Under the pieces are notes generated by a model that was given only the letters and a program-made list of their open reading frames with translations, had not been told where the DNA came from and did no database searches. A stretch of 63,806 nt of DNA, the filler included, from Reclinomonas americana ATCC 50394 (taxonomy: Eukaryota), in the NCBI GenBank assembly GCA_048213135.1. It is 5 parts of 5 records of this genome, joined end to end, with 100 filler letters (N's around TTAATTAATTAA, not from the genome) between each part and the next. Parts side by side here need not be neighbours in the genome. Positions count along the whole stretch, not along the records: positions 1 to 19,086 come from PS015311.1; 4 more parts are not named here. One strand, written 5' to 3'. Shown here one piece after another: positions 1-15,542 of this stretch. Every line of letters begins with the position of its first letter. Within the stretch, counting starts at the first letter, position 1. Position numbers and translations under genes: made by a program.

Positions 1-171
1 GTCGAGCACAATCACGCGTAATTGCAGGTTGCTTTGGTGCGGTCGCAGGCTGGCCACGGTGTGTAGGGCGGGGAGGGCGGCGACGGCAGCGGCACCACCG
101 GGAGGTGCTTGCTGTTGTTGCTGTTGTGAAGGAGGAGGAGGTGGTGGTGCGGCTGCTCCGGGCTTGCTCAT
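1..171 (-). CDS. First exon of a probable OB-fold ssDNA-binding protein (SOSS-B/NABP-like); runs off the window
   Basis: ATG at 171 gives MSKPGAAAPPPPPPSQQQQQQAPPGGAAAVAALPALHTVASLRPHQSNLQLRVIVLD. The segment V..LRP...NL.L..IVLD resembles the NABP/hSSB1 N-terminus as I recall it. Confidence 0.5.
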   Translation of the reverse strand, partial: MSKPGAAAPPPPPPSQQQQQQAPPGGAAAVAALPALHTVASLRPHQSNLQLRVIVLD

Positions 172-699
172 TGTGTGTGCAGCGAGAGAAAATGCGGAGT
201 CTCCTGTGTCTCCCCACTCACGAGCCACAGTCGGGAGTGTGCGGGAGGTCGGTGACAGAGAGACCGGCTCAGCAACACCACGCAATGCACAGGGATCGCC
301 TTGTGTGTGTGATATGACCCACCAATACAAGTCGATCGACTGGTCGGAGTGACCGTGGATAGGAATGCTGGTGCACCTTTGCGCGAAGGAGACTCGTTCC
401 TGGTCTTTCCTGAGTGGATTCTGTGAGCCTATAGAGTGTACAACACCCTAGCATCACGAACGGACAGAAGAGATAGCGTGTAGCCCTTGCAGTGCATTCG
501 GAAGCATGGGAGCCAGACTTGTCTCGGTTTTGAACGCCTTTCAGTCGCATTCTTTTTTTCTTCGCAACTCGGATTTCCTGGCTGCGGTGCGTCCAGAGGT
601 CCCCCGACGAGAACAGAGCTTCTGAGGGCTCTACAGTACACTTGGGTGGCTCTAGATGCCACATGATAAGTGGCACAGCGCGTGGGAGCGAATTCGTCA

Positions 700-3475
700 C
701 GTTTCACTCATGCCAGTATTCATTGCAATATGAACACACCACTACACTCTCAACTGGCTCCTCACATACTCGGAGAAGCTGTGAGTGTGGCACAGAGAGT
801 ATACAAGATAGGATACTCTGACCTTCGGCGAGCTGCGTACCTCTCTGCATGCGTCTACCACGTGCACCTCCACACAAGCAGGCAGCTGATTCAGCCATCT
901 CGAAGAAGGGAGAGGAATTCGAAGCGGTCGACGTTGAGCAGCTCAATGCGATTGCGCAGGTGGAAGAGGAACTACTCGTCGACCACCTTGTTCAGCGACC
1001 TGTAAGAGAGGTAGTGTCAGTAACTATGGCGAGAGTGCATGTGTGTGAGAGAGGTGATCACTTGTACTCACACTCGCCTCCAGCCGATGATTCCGCTCCG
1101 CAGCATGCGAGTTGATCGCACAGAAGGATCTGGAGTCACACAGAGACGCTTCAGCTCTGCGTATCCGTCAACTTGGTTCTCCTCGTAAAGCCGACCGCTG
1201 CAACGCCGCACCATGAGGCCTGTGGAACACCACCACCACCACCACCACCAGCAAGTCCGGCAAGATAGCACAGCGGTGCCCACTGTTCCCTTTGTCGACG
1301 CAAGGGTGGCCCAGTGAATCGGGTGAGAGCTGTATCTGTGCACAGAGACTCCCAAACACAGACTTGGCCATCACATGGCACGGAGTCTCATCCACTGCAC
1401 ACAGGTTCGACAACACCACGCGTACCAGGCCACTGGCGCGCGGCGGAAGCAGCGTCATGTACGCTCCTTCGCTCAAACAACCCCAGCTCCAACATGGATT
1501 AACTGCAGAGTGTGTTCAACGGAGGTGCGCGAGTGAATCAGCATGAGTGCATGCTCACACATAACGGAAGTGGGCGAGCGAGATACCGACTCACAGCGGC
1601 GACAAAAAGCCTTCAGCCGAGCATCCACAGTCCCAGCCACCGAGCCGGTAATGTCGCTGATGACCTACTGCAGGCAAGGCAATGCCTTGTATGAACATCC
1701 ACTTCTCAACAGAGACAGCAGCCACAGCGGCGCACATGCTGATACGCACTCACCAGGTTGGAGAGCCAATACTCACAACTCCGCTGTTGAGACGAACATG
1801 GAGTAAGCAGCATTGCTGATGCGCCCCAAAGTGGCGCAGCGTCTCACGTACCCTTGTGCGGCACCAGCTTCATCACACGTCGAGCAAGCCCATCAGGACG
1901 TATCCGTGTCGCAGCCGACATTGCTGTACTGCACCCAGCTCGTGCTCTGCTGCCATGGAGCAGGAATGACGTGTGCTACTGGCCGTTCTCTGCGACAGCG
2001 AGGTACTGAGTGCACCGTGGTCAGTCGCAATACTAGGACCAAGCCAGCAACGCACCACTCACCACAGCATTCGCGATCAGCTGCTAGATCAGAGAGTGGC
2101 TCTTGGTATACAATGTCATGGTCGCACTTCCTTGAGGAGGCTCCCGAAGGCCTGGCACGCATGCATCCTCGGCGACAAGCACCAGTCGTGCGATCATCGC
2201 ATGCACACTCGGCGTGGAAATCCACACAGTGCGTGCGCCGCTTGCAGTCACACTCGGCAGACAATGCAGGAACCGCCCAGGTGGTGTCGAGCATCAAGAC
2301 TGCAATCGTGAGACTCGACTATGCGCTGAACACATGAGGCGTGGCGAGTCACACATAGCTGCATGCCTCAACACCTGTGGGTGCACTCACTTGGCACCTT
2401 CGCAGTGGTATGTGGATCGCAAGTCTCATTGCCTGAGTCTGATTGCGAGAGCAAAGTGGCCAGACGCAGCACGCTGCAATGTCCTCGACAATGGCGTGTC
2501 TCGGCAGTCTGCGCAGGCAGCCACCACCTGGTACAAGAGGTAGAGTGAGCTGTGACATCGTCGACGAAAACTCAACTCAGATTCTCTCTTTCTCTCTCTC
2601 TCACACACATGCAGACACCCACGTACTCACACACACACGTGGCGAACCTGCCTCTGATATCGGCAGTTTGCACACGCGCCTTATGCAAAGACAAAGAAGA
2701 AGGAACTGCTCGTTTGCCTCTGGGAAAAGGCAGTTGTCGCCGAAAACCCTGCAACAACACCACCTCCAGCATAGGGTGCTGCTCGACACTGCAGACGAGT
2801 GGCCACCACAGCCGGTTTGTAGGCCAAGGCTTAGAGCCCACCATTCAAGGTAGAATAGCTCACGGCAACCAAGCCATCCACATAGGTGTGTGTTGTGTGG
2901 CGACGACAAACTCGGAAGGCAGACCTGGGATGGCGGCCACAGTGTGGATCGCAACCAAGTCGGCTGCAACAAGAGACCAGTCTCTGCGAGACCTGCAGCA
3001 CTGCGATGTAAGTCCAGGGTTGCTTCCCGATCGGCCACTGCTTCTGTGTCTCCCCTTCGCAATGAGTGAATCAAGTACACGCACACCCTCCCACCCACAC
3101 TCACAGCAAGCAGATGCAATCACCTTGCTGCGCACGCTCTCCACAATCATCACAACCAAAGCTTACAGGTGGTCATTTGCTCTACTGAGCCACATGGCTT
3201 GTATACAAGCGCTGCTCCATGACACTCATTGAGCTCAGGCGTGAGCGTTTGCACAATGGAGGCCGACGCACCACGCATGAATGAGGCACTTTATCACGCT
3301 CCACAGAGCGGTCAGCATCACAGAGGGTACGGCTCGTGTGGTCTCTCCTGCCAGTCAGTGGTTGATGCTGGATGATACAAGGGTGGGAGTGGCACTCGTG
3401 CAGTCGTCCAGTGCGAGTCCCCACGACTATCAATCATCACAGTCAGATCACATTGCTGCATTACGCACCCACCAC

Positions 3476-3515
<40 letters not shown>

Positions 3516-3700
3516 ACACACACACACACACTCTCTCTCTCCCACGCACCCACACACCCACACCCTCACACGCACACACACGTACACCAGCATCTCAATC
3601 CCAAGCCCTCGCAGGCTGAGTCCACACACGTGGTCGGCTGAATCCCTGTTGTGGCGCTGACGTAGACAGTGGTGGTGGAGCTCCTCCCCTTCGTGCAGGT
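700..3700 (-). pseudogene. Probable decayed spliced gene(s), family not recognised
   Basis: Exon-like blocks with AG/GT borders but in-frame stops, e.g. ~870-1000 (-) SLNKVVDE*FLFHLRNRIELLNVDRFEFLSLLRDG*ISCLLVW. No consistent long frame. Confidence 0.25.
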
Positions 3701-4527
3701 CTCACCACCGTGAGCAGACTCGAAGAGCGCACGGAGTGCGCAACACCGCATCTGACACACAGTACAACTGTGTGGTCGCCACTGGCAGACGCATCCACAG
3801 AGCTGTGACGCCACGCAAGGAGTCAGGGACGATTGTTTCTCCGTAGACAGGCGCACAGGCGCGCGGAGTGCGCCTGCAAGTCACCTTCTCTGCAAGTCAC
3901 CTTCTCTCGCCACAGTACGTACGAAAACTTTGTAACGGCCTGTAACGATTTGATCAGCACAGTGTATCACGTTTTGCTCTGCCTACAGGCGTCTCCTTGA
4001 GGAGCCGCCAGCACCACTATCCTCCCCACGACGACACGCTCTATTATGTCCCATTTAGTTTAATTTGCGCGGGAAGCCCGTTCGTCCGTCGGACGATCAA
4101 CCCTCACCAACAACATGAGGTAAGCACGCACGCCAACACCACACACACAGCGCAGCAAGCACAGCAAGCACAGCACGGCACAGTCAGCACGGCACAGTAC
4201 AACAGCACAGCACAACAGCACAGGAGCACGCTCACACCCGATTGCTGTCTGCTCTTGCGATGTCTGTCATGCATCACGCCACGATCCCCCGCCTCCACCA
4301 CCATGATTGACGGCACTGCACAAACATATACTCTCGCCAACTTGCGACACCCCACAGTGTGGAGTGTGCGCACTTGGTCTGAGGCTATTTTGAGAGTTGT
4401 CACACAGACTGTCACTCCGTTTCTCTGTCTTTCTTCTGCTCTCGCACTTGCTCACACGCACACGCGCGTGTACACCCCCACATGCCCGTGCACTCGCCTC
4501 AATTGAAAGGCTATTTTGGGACCCACT

Positions 4528-4579
4528 AGCGCTCATCCTTGTCTCGTGTGTGTGTGTGTGTGAGAGAAAGAGGAGAACA

Positions 4580-4627
<48 letters not shown>

Positions 4628-4725
4628 CGAGAGAAACTTTGATGAGAACAACGAGGGAGAGAGAACAAGACGGACTTTCCTCTCTCTGTTTGTGAGTGAC
4701 TGAGTGAGTGAGTGAGTGAGTGTTC
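4528..4725 (+). repeat. Dispersed microsatellite-rich repeat, copy 1 (copy 2 at 54156-54352)
   Basis: Shared ordered blocks agcgctcatc / ccttgtctc / gaggagaacagc / gagcgagagaaact.tgatgagaacaacgag / ggactttcctctctctgttt.tgagtga. Confidence 0.75.
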
Positions 4726-4776
4726 GCTCCCTCTTGCACGACAACTGATGTTTATGTGTCATTTGCGTGATCACAG

Positions 4777-6562
4777 AGATCAGCTTTTACCATCCGTGGT
4801 TCAGCCACAAGCCGAGCTGGCTGAGCTAGACGACGACATTAATCAGGCCAATGCAGCTGAAGCAGGTTTGTCACAGCTGTGCGTGTGCTCGCTGCATAGC
4901 GTGTCTCACGTGCTCGCTTCTCGTCGCAGGTCACGCCCCTGCTGCAGATGCAGATTGCGACAACAAGCTCACCCTCAAGTGCGCGCCCCCTGGGCTGCTA
5001 TGAGGGGGTGCCGCTTGGGAAGCGGCATTCTGTACGAGTACTTTGAACAAGAAGAATTACTTTACAAATGCCACAATTGCCATCAACAACAACATTAATG
5101 GGCCGACTCAGCGCCCGTGCTACAACATCAACAGGAAGCACTGCCGATTCAAGGTGCTTCTCTGGTTGATTCTCTGGATCATCGACAACCTCGTGGTGGA
5201 CGGAGGCCACCAGGATGGGCCCCAGCGCCCTCGCCACACCATTGTCAGAAAGCACTCTCGGTTCAAGGTGCTTCTCTGGCTGCTTCTCTGGCTGCTTCTC
5301 TGGGTCAACGGCAACCTGAAGGTTGACGAGCCACGACAACGTTGAGTATTTGGGTTGATGTTGTGAGCGATTCTTGTCTGCCTGCAGCTGACAATCTCTT
5401 GTGTGTCCAGACCCCCCCGCGCGCACTCCACCTGACCGCCGAGTTCCCCGGTGCCCTCCGCTCGACTCGACTCGTCGCGATGGTATTGTGCCGGTGCCGG
5501 TGCCGTTGCCGTCGCCGCGCCAGTCCGTGAGCAAGGCACCCACCAGATCGACTCGAGACGGCAACACTTCCTCGCCGGCTTTTTCAACCGAGGAAACGGG
5601 AGGCAACGTCAGCAACCCCAAGATTGCGCTTTTCGTTGTCTGCGGGATCGAGTTCGAGAGCGAGGAGAGCCTTCTCACCCATGCGACCGTCGCCAGTACG
5701 TTTTGTTCTTGGGTGTTCTTTCGCAGCGCGTTCCTGACTTCCTGTTTCTCAGAATACATCAGGAAGGAACTCTGTGGGGTGCGCCTGCTCCGCAACCCAT
5801 CCTCCCCTCGGAAACTGCGTCGTGCCATTCGCCGCTGGCTCAAGTCACTCCCCTACGGTGTGACTCCCTGCTACGTTCACTTCACGCATGGTGAACTGGT
5901 GACTGGAGGCGACATCCTTCTCTCGTTGTCTGGGAAACGGTTTGCCCAATTGCTGCTCTCTGCCATAGAAGTGATGATGAGGGTGCCAACACTATTCAAC
6001 AGCGTCATTCGCTTTTCTGCCATCACGAATCTGCTGAAGGAGGACAGCAAGAGACGCGGCGGTCGCAGCGCCGTTTGTGTTCTGGACTGTTGCTTGAACT
6101 ACGTGCGTGCCGATGGCGACACATCTCGATCTACCTCCCTCGGGCGGTGAGTACCGAACCGAGTGCTACACGCGAGCGACATCGATTGAGCTCATGTCTC
6201 TTGCCAGTGATGTGGAGCTGTTTCAAGAGCGCATTCGCCGCCACCGTGTATCCGTGGCACTCTCCACTCCATTCGGAAACACGGCGTTTGAGCATGGTAC
6301 TCGATTTTGTGTTGCAATCGCAGCTGTGCAACGTTAACCCTGATCTTCACTCACTGCTGTCCCTCTCATTACAGGCGGCTGCTCTGGCTCATACATTGCG
6401 GAGGGACTCGTCACTGCCATCAAGCAGTTGCCGCAAGACAAGGTCTGCGACACCGACGAGTTCGTCAAGCGTGTGGCACGCAGCACGGCGTTGTTCGAGG
6501 TCCCGGAAAGTCAGGAAACTCAGAGTGCCGATTATGTAACCGCTCGCGGCAAGCGCGAGTAG
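4777..6562 (+). CDS. Caspase-fold peptidase C14 (meta/paracaspase-like), spliced; 5' end uncertain
   Basis: KIALFVVCG beta-1, YVHFTHG (His-Gly, 5887-5892) and VCVLDCC (6085-6093). Introns 5341-5410, 6147-6207 and 6297-6374 keep the frame through VSVALSTPFGNTAFEHG-GCSGSYIAEGLVTAIKQL to TAG at 6560-6562. Confidence 0.6.
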
Positions 6563-7546
6563 CTTGTTCTGTAGTCTGCGTGATCATCTGGCTGTTTGTC
6601 TCCGTGTCTCTTTTCTGAGTGTGTGTGAATGAGTGTGCCAATGAAAAAGTATCTGTACAGTCACGCGTTCTGGCGTGTGCAGTGCTGCACAAGTGGTGAC
6701 TGCCACCTGCAGTCGCGAAGCGTTGTTAGTATTGTGCTCAGTTCTCCTCACGGGCAAATCGCCTCTCGGATCAGAACACAGCACCATGCAGCCTGTTCTA
6801 CCAGCTACCAGAATACGCCACGCACCAGCGCCAGCCACCTCGCCGAAGCCGTCCGGCCAGCACGAACAATTCGGCAGAATCCACAATGGATCGCTGATCG
6901 ACCGTCTGTCGCGTTACACACTCACATATTCAATCAAAACGCGATGGGCAGTGGTGTGAGCGGCTTGCGTGAGGTTCCCCCCGGTCAAGTGGAGGTGGTG
7001 GAGGTGGTCACCCTGTGCGTGGCGCCGACCGCCCCGCAAACCATGACTCAAGTCCCCGACTCTGGAGTCGCCTCTGCATCGGCAAGCACATGATGTTGCT
7101 GCCACTCTCTCTCTGTTTCTCCCTCCACATGTCTATTGCTCTTGTTGTTTTGCGGTCTCTTCTCCTCTTTTCTCTCTTCTCTCTTCTCTGCGCGCGCGTT
7201 GTGTGTGTCTTTGTTTTTGTGTGCGTCATTTCCCCCGTGCACCAACGCGCCATGTCTGATTGTTGTTGTGCGCACATTGTGTCGCGCCCCTGAGCCACAC
7301 ACCACGCACGTGCGTGTGTGTGTGTGCTCATGCGCGTGCGACTCTCTCACTCTCTGTCACCCACATGTGCGAACGAATCTTGATCAAACTTCTCACACTC
7401 CTCTATTTACCCTCTCCATACACTCTCTCCTGGTGCATGTGTCGTCACAGTACTGCGCGGGTTTAAGTCAATGAACGACATCGATGATTCCATTGACTCG
7501 ACTTAACTTTTGATTTGATTTGACTTTGGTCACGCGTGGAGCACAA

Positions 7547-10500
7547 ATGGGAAACTCCTCATCATCATCCTCATCGACGCCCTCACAATGCCTCGCGCCC
7601 TCTGCGCACACCAGCATCGTCTTCTCCGTATGCACACACCCTCCACACCACGTCGTGGCCGCCCTCCGCAACGGCGCACTCGTCATGACGGCCACACAGT
7701 CGTCCACACTCACACAGTCACACTCGGCCTCCACTGTCGCCGCCGCCACTGGCCGCTCTCTCGTCACCGATGGAAGCGCGCGCGGCTCGGCGCAGGCATT
7801 CCGTCCGTTTGATGGCGACGATGAGTATGCTGTCGCACTGGCGACACTTTGGTCGCAGTCGCACGCCGGAGGCTTCTCGGTGTACTGTGTGCTGTCCACG
7901 GGCGCGGTGTGTGCGGTGTGGATGCCGTTGGAGGGCGCAGAGGCGCGTGTGGCGTGGCGCCAGGAGGAGAGCGGTNNNNNNNNNNNNNNNNNNNNNNNNN
8001 NNNNNNNNNNNNNNNNNNNNNNNNNNNNNNNNNNNNNNNNNNNNNNNNNNNNNNNNNNNNNNNNNNNNNNNNNNNNNNNNNNNNNNNNNNNNNNNNNNNN
8101 NNNNNNNNNNNNNNNNNNNNNNNNNNNNNNNNNNNNNNNNNNNNNNNNNNNNNNNNNNNNNNNNNNNNNNNNNNNNNNNNNNNNNNNNNNNNNNNNGAGA
8201 GCGAGAGAGAGAGAGGGAGAGGGAGAGGGAGGGGGAAGGAGGTCTCTCTGTATATCGTTGCCTCTGTTTCTCCGGCTCTTTCTCCTTTCCTGTTTCTTTC
8301 TCGCTCACCTGCGCCGATACGTATCAGTCACAATCTTCGTTGTTCACTCTGTCAGTCAGGCTCTCTCTCTCTCTCCCCTGCTCCTCATCCTTCCTTCTTT
8401 GTTGTTCACTCCAACAGTCACCATCTGATTTCCTCTCGCTTCCCTTTCCATTCACTTCTGCGCTTGTTCCCTCTCTCTTGTGTCTGTGAGTCTCGGTTTC
8501 TCTCTGTTTCTCCGCGCTCACTCTTCTTTCCTTCCTGTCTCTTACCTGCTAAGAGTCTCTCTCGCTCATCTGCAGTCTCCGTCTCTCTCTCTCTCTCTCT
8601 CTCTCTCCCTCCCTCCCTCCCTCCCCTGTCTGTCTGCCTGTTCGCCTGCCTCTGTTTGCCTCGTCAACACACACTGCCCTTCTTCTCTGTCTCTTGCTTT
8701 CGGTCTCTCCCTCTCCTTCTCCCTCTCTCTGGCATTCGCTCTGAATCTTGCTCGCTCCGACTTTCTCTCTTCTTGCTCTCTCCAATTCACCCCGTCACTC
8801 TCTCCCTCGCTTCCCTTATCCTTCCCCTTTCTCTCTCGCTCTCTCTCTTTGGCATTCGCTCTGAATCTTGCCCCCTCCCTCTTTCTTGCTCTCTCCAATT
8901 CTCCCCGTCACTCTCTCCCTCTTTCCCTTTCCCTTCCTCTCTTTCTCTCTCTCATTTCTCACTCCTATCTTCGTGCAGACTCCACAATCCGCGTGTGGGA
9001 CCCCTCTGCTGCCGTGCTCGAATCCGGCCGCTCTGCCGAGTTGTGCCGACTGCAGTCGCACAAGGACTGGGTCAACGCACTGTCGCTCACCCACACGGGC
9101 GAACTGGTCAGCGCCTCGCACGACAAGACCGTGCGGTGGTGGGACGTGCAAGCCGAGGGTTGGTGGTCCTGCTAATGCACCTCCAATATTTCCTTCATCT
9201 CCCTGACTCCTCCCTTTTTCACGCATCAGACGTTGGCGCCGATCGTGAGGCCGCTCGAATGCGTCTGCTGGAGCGACTCAAGTCGCCATACGAGGAGGGT
9301 GGTCCGTCGTCACCCGGCGGCAGCGGCAGCGCACCGGAGCGTGCCATGTCGCGCGTTCGCTTCGCGCAGCGTGTCTCGCAGCTGGCGGAACGACTGCAGA
9401 CGCTGAGCAGCAATGTTCCAGGTGTGTGGGGAGAGTCGCTTGAAGCACGATGCATGCATGCTGTGCGCTCATTTCTCGCAGGTGTTGAATTCGAGTTGCA
9501 CGTGATGCGCCTATCGGTCATCAACAAGATTGGTGCACTCCGGTGCTTTGCGAGCGCCGAGGAAGAGGTGGCGGCCGACGACACCCCAGCACCGGCGGTA
9601 ACCGCCTCTGCGCAGGACACCGTGCGCATGCTGCTCGAGTCGGCACAGGAGTCGTCGCCCGAGAACGCTGCGCTGCACGATTCCATGCTGCGTCTGGCCA
9701 CCATGGCGAGTGCGTTGGTCGACGAGTGTCGTGCCCGTCTCGACGGCCTCGCCTCGGTGGTGCCGGCCGTGGCCGAGGTGCGCGCGGCCATGCGTCTGAT
9801 GGTGGACGATGTGGAGAGTACGATGGCAGAGGTGTGTGACTTGGGGGAGGGAAAAATGAGAGAGTGTTTCGCGGAAGGCACCCCGTGAGAGAGGGAGCGT
9901 ATGCAAGAGTGAGAAACAGGGAGAGTGTTGCACAAACCAGCATGGTCAGCAGCTCAAATGAGAGCAACAGCATATTTCTTTGTGCACTATCTTCTCTCCT
10001 TCTCGCTCTGTCTACCGGCCTCCCACGTGCAGTCATTATCCTTCTGTCCGCGCTTCCGGCATCCATCACCGTTGCTTCGTTGCCTTTTGAGATCACGTCT
10101 CTCTCGTCTCTTTCCCCTTCTCCTCTGTGCTTGTGCATGTGAATGATATCTTGCCCGCCTTTCTCTCTTACGCACACACTCCCGCTCTTCCTTCCCCCTC
10201 GTATCGAGCTACTCACTGCCGCTTCGCCTTCGTGCTTGCGGGTGTCTATGGATTCCAACCCATCTCTTTATCTCTCTCTCTCTCTCTCTCTCACTCATTC
10301 TCACACTCACACACACACACACTCGCCACTCCCCCTTCTCTTTCCCCCTCTCCCTCTCTCTCCCTCCCCCTTGTCCCTTCCCCCCTTGCCCCTTCCCCTC
10401 GTTTCCTCACCCTTCCCCTTTTCCCCAGATTGTCAAATTCCACGAAAGCCTCGTCTCCCTGCAGTACCCACCATCCACCACCGCCGCCGTGGGCGACAAG

Positions 10501-10965
10501 TACGAGCGTGCCCTGGCACGACTGGAGGCCTCGCGCTACGTGGTCGGCATGGACGCCTTCTCGCGACAGGCGGCGTTCGATCGATCGCAGTTGTGGCGCA
10601 GCTGGGAGACGAGCTGCGACCAGGCGTCGGCCAGCTACGGCGATGCCACCACGGTGGTGCCGCGGCAGTTGCTGGCCACCGAGCTGCTGGTGCTGCAGCA
10701 TCGGCGGCGTGGCTCGGTTTCCGGCAGCCCCCAACAGCAGCGCCGCCTTGAGGACCACGTTCACACGGCGGGCTCGGTCAGCGAATTGCGCGGCGAGATC
10801 GACGAGCTTGCACCCATGTTTCAGCAGCGCAGTCAGCTCCTGCAGCAGCTGCCGCACCTGCCACAAGACGCGGGTGCGTGGCGCCAGTTCAGCGACGGCG
10901 TGTATCTGACGCTGCGCGAGGAGTTGCACAAGGTGCGCTTGTTGGAGCAGTTCACGTGGCGGCCG
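7547..10965 (+). CDS. Possibly myristoylated (MGNSSSS) WD40 protein with a helical C-terminal region; broken by gaps
   Basis: Exon ~8979-9157 reads DSTIRVWD...SHKDWVNALSLTHTGELVSASHDKTVRWWD. Downstream exons (~9230-9831 and ~10429-10965) join in frame. Confidence 0.65.
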
Positions 10966-11853
10966 NNNNNNNNNNNNNNNNNNNNNNNNNNNNNNNNNNN
11001 NNNNNNNNNNNNNNNNNNNNNNNNNNNNNNNNNNNNNNNNNNNNNNNNNNNNNNNNNNNNNNNNNNNNNNNNNNNNNNNNNNNNNNNNNNNNNNNNNNNN
11101 NNNNNNNNNNNNNNNNNNNNNNNNNNNNNNNNNNNNNNNNNNNNNNNNNNNNNNNNNNNNNNNNNNNNNNNNNNNNNNNNNNNNNNNNNNNNNNNNNNNN
11201 NNNNNNNNNNNNNNNNNNNNNNNNNNNNNNNNNNNNNNNNNNNNNNNNNNNNNNNNNNNNNNNNNNNNNNNNNNNNNNNNNNNNNNNNNNNNNNNNNNNN
11301 NNNNNNNNNNNNNNNNNNNNNNNNNNNNNNNNNNNNNNNNNNNNNNNNNNNNNNNNNNNNNNNNNNNNNNNNNNNNNNNNNNNNNNNNNNNNNNNNNNNN
11401 NNNNNNNNNNNNNNNNNNNNNNNNNNNNNNNNNNNNNNNNNNNNNNNNNNNNNNNNNNNNNNNNNNNNNNNNNNNNNNNNNNNNNNNNNNNNNNNNNNNN
11501 NNNNNNNNNNNNNNNNNNNNNNNNNNNNNNNNNNNNNNNNNNNNNNNNNNNNNNNNNNNNNNNNNNNNNNNNNNNNNNNNNNNNNNNNNNNNNNNNNNNN
11601 NNNNNNNNNNNNNNNNNNNNNNNNNNNNNNNNNNNNNNNNNNNNNNNNNNNNNNNNNNNNNNNNNNNNNNNNNNNNNNNNNNNNNNNNNNNNNNNNNNNN
11701 NNNNNNNNNNNNNNNNNNNNNNNNNNNNNNNNNNNNNNNNNNNNNNNNNNNNNNNNNNNNNNNNNNNNNNNNNNNNNNNNNNNNNNNNNNNNNNNNNNNN
11801 NNNNNNNNNNNNNNNNNNNNNNNNNNNNNNNNNNNNNNNNNNNNNNNNNNNNN

Positions 11854-12637
11854 AACACTTGCGCCGTCGAAACACAGCTGAAAGGGCACAAGATAAGTTG
11901 GACGCCCTCAAACGCGACAACAACGCAAAGTCGACCCCAAACGCACCGGCAATCGTGTTTTTGAACCAGATGCGATCAATCTCCATGAACACACGCATCA
12001 CATCGTCGGCGTTGATGCCAAACAGCAGCTTCTCGTTGTCGACTCCGGCTCTCATCAGTCCATTTCCCATCTCCGGCGACGCCGGTCTTCGCAGTCGCTC
12101 GCGCAACTCACTTCGCCGACGCACCAGCTCGCGTGCGCGGTCCTCCACAGTGTGGCCCAGAAAGAGCACCATGGCCTCGAGCTTGAACAGGTCATTGGTG
12201 GCCGCGCGAAAGATGCAGAAGCACTCGGTGAAGAGCAGTGTATGCACGAGCTCCAGTGGAGTTTGCGTTCGCCAGTGCGGGAGGCGAAGGAGAAGGCTCG
12301 CGGGTACGTTGTATCGCTTGGCGGCGGCGGCGATTTCAGGCGGCACGGGTGGCGATGAATGTGCGGTGCCGCCGCAGTGGTGGTGATGGTGTTGGTAGTG
12401 TTGGTGAACATTGCTCGCGTCCTCCGTTGCCGTAACCGTCGTAGTTGATACGGCTGTGTCGTCGTGTTGTTGTTGTTGGTGGTGGTGTTGCGCGTGGTTG
12501 CTCCAGCCTGTTGCTGTTGCTGACGTGGGCATTGAGTGTTGGTGGGTTTTCCACTCCTTGACGGTGGTGGTTGCCGACAATAACTTGTCGATGTTCCCTC
12601 CTCCTTCTGCTGTTGGATCACAATGTACGCCAGACAT
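11854..12637 (-). CDS. Hypothetical protein (His/Gln-rich N-terminus); runs into a gap
   Basis: Open frame of ~260 codons from ATG 12637 with coding-like composition. No family recognised. Confidence 0.5.
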
Positions 12638-13030
12638 GCAGGATCCTCGCGTGCGAGAAGGAGCTCAACCGAAAATAGGCCGTTAAAGTTGTCGCCACAA
12701 GACAACCCACCAGTGCAGACAGTCAATGTCCTGTCTGACTCGAATTGTTGGTGTGTACCGCGCATAATCCGCTGTTGCTGATGATTTGGATGCGAAAGAC
12801 TAACACACAACACCAAGGCTACAAGTTCGATATCACCCGACTGCAACCGCTGCTGTTTGACATCCAGAAACCACACTTTGTACGGAATGATTGGCGTGGC
12901 ACAATAGGCTACGGACAATACCAGTGCACTTAGAAGCCGCCTGACAACAGGGCCATATTTGTGGCGTCCCCCAACACCCTTTCTTTTTTGGACATACAAT
13001 AAATTTCTGCACTCTCACCACGTGTGCAAA

Positions 13031-15478
<2,448 letters not shown>

Positions 15479-15542
15479 TGTGTGCGCGCAAAAAGAGAGT
15501 CACGATAATCGATTCGCCAGTCGACCAACACAACACCGCAGA

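Noticed and set aside
870..1000. In-frame TAG/TGA in exon-like sequence as evidence of stop-codon reassignment
   Set aside because: Intact genes end in TAA, TAG and TGA and show no internal stops, so decay is the simpler explanation.
6944..7093. Short ORF MGSGVSG... with a myristoylation-like start
   Set aside because: Only 49 codons with no recognisable domain or supporting splice structure.
10291..12637. Very long ORFs in the track that span N gaps
   Set aside because: Artefacts of translating N runs as X.
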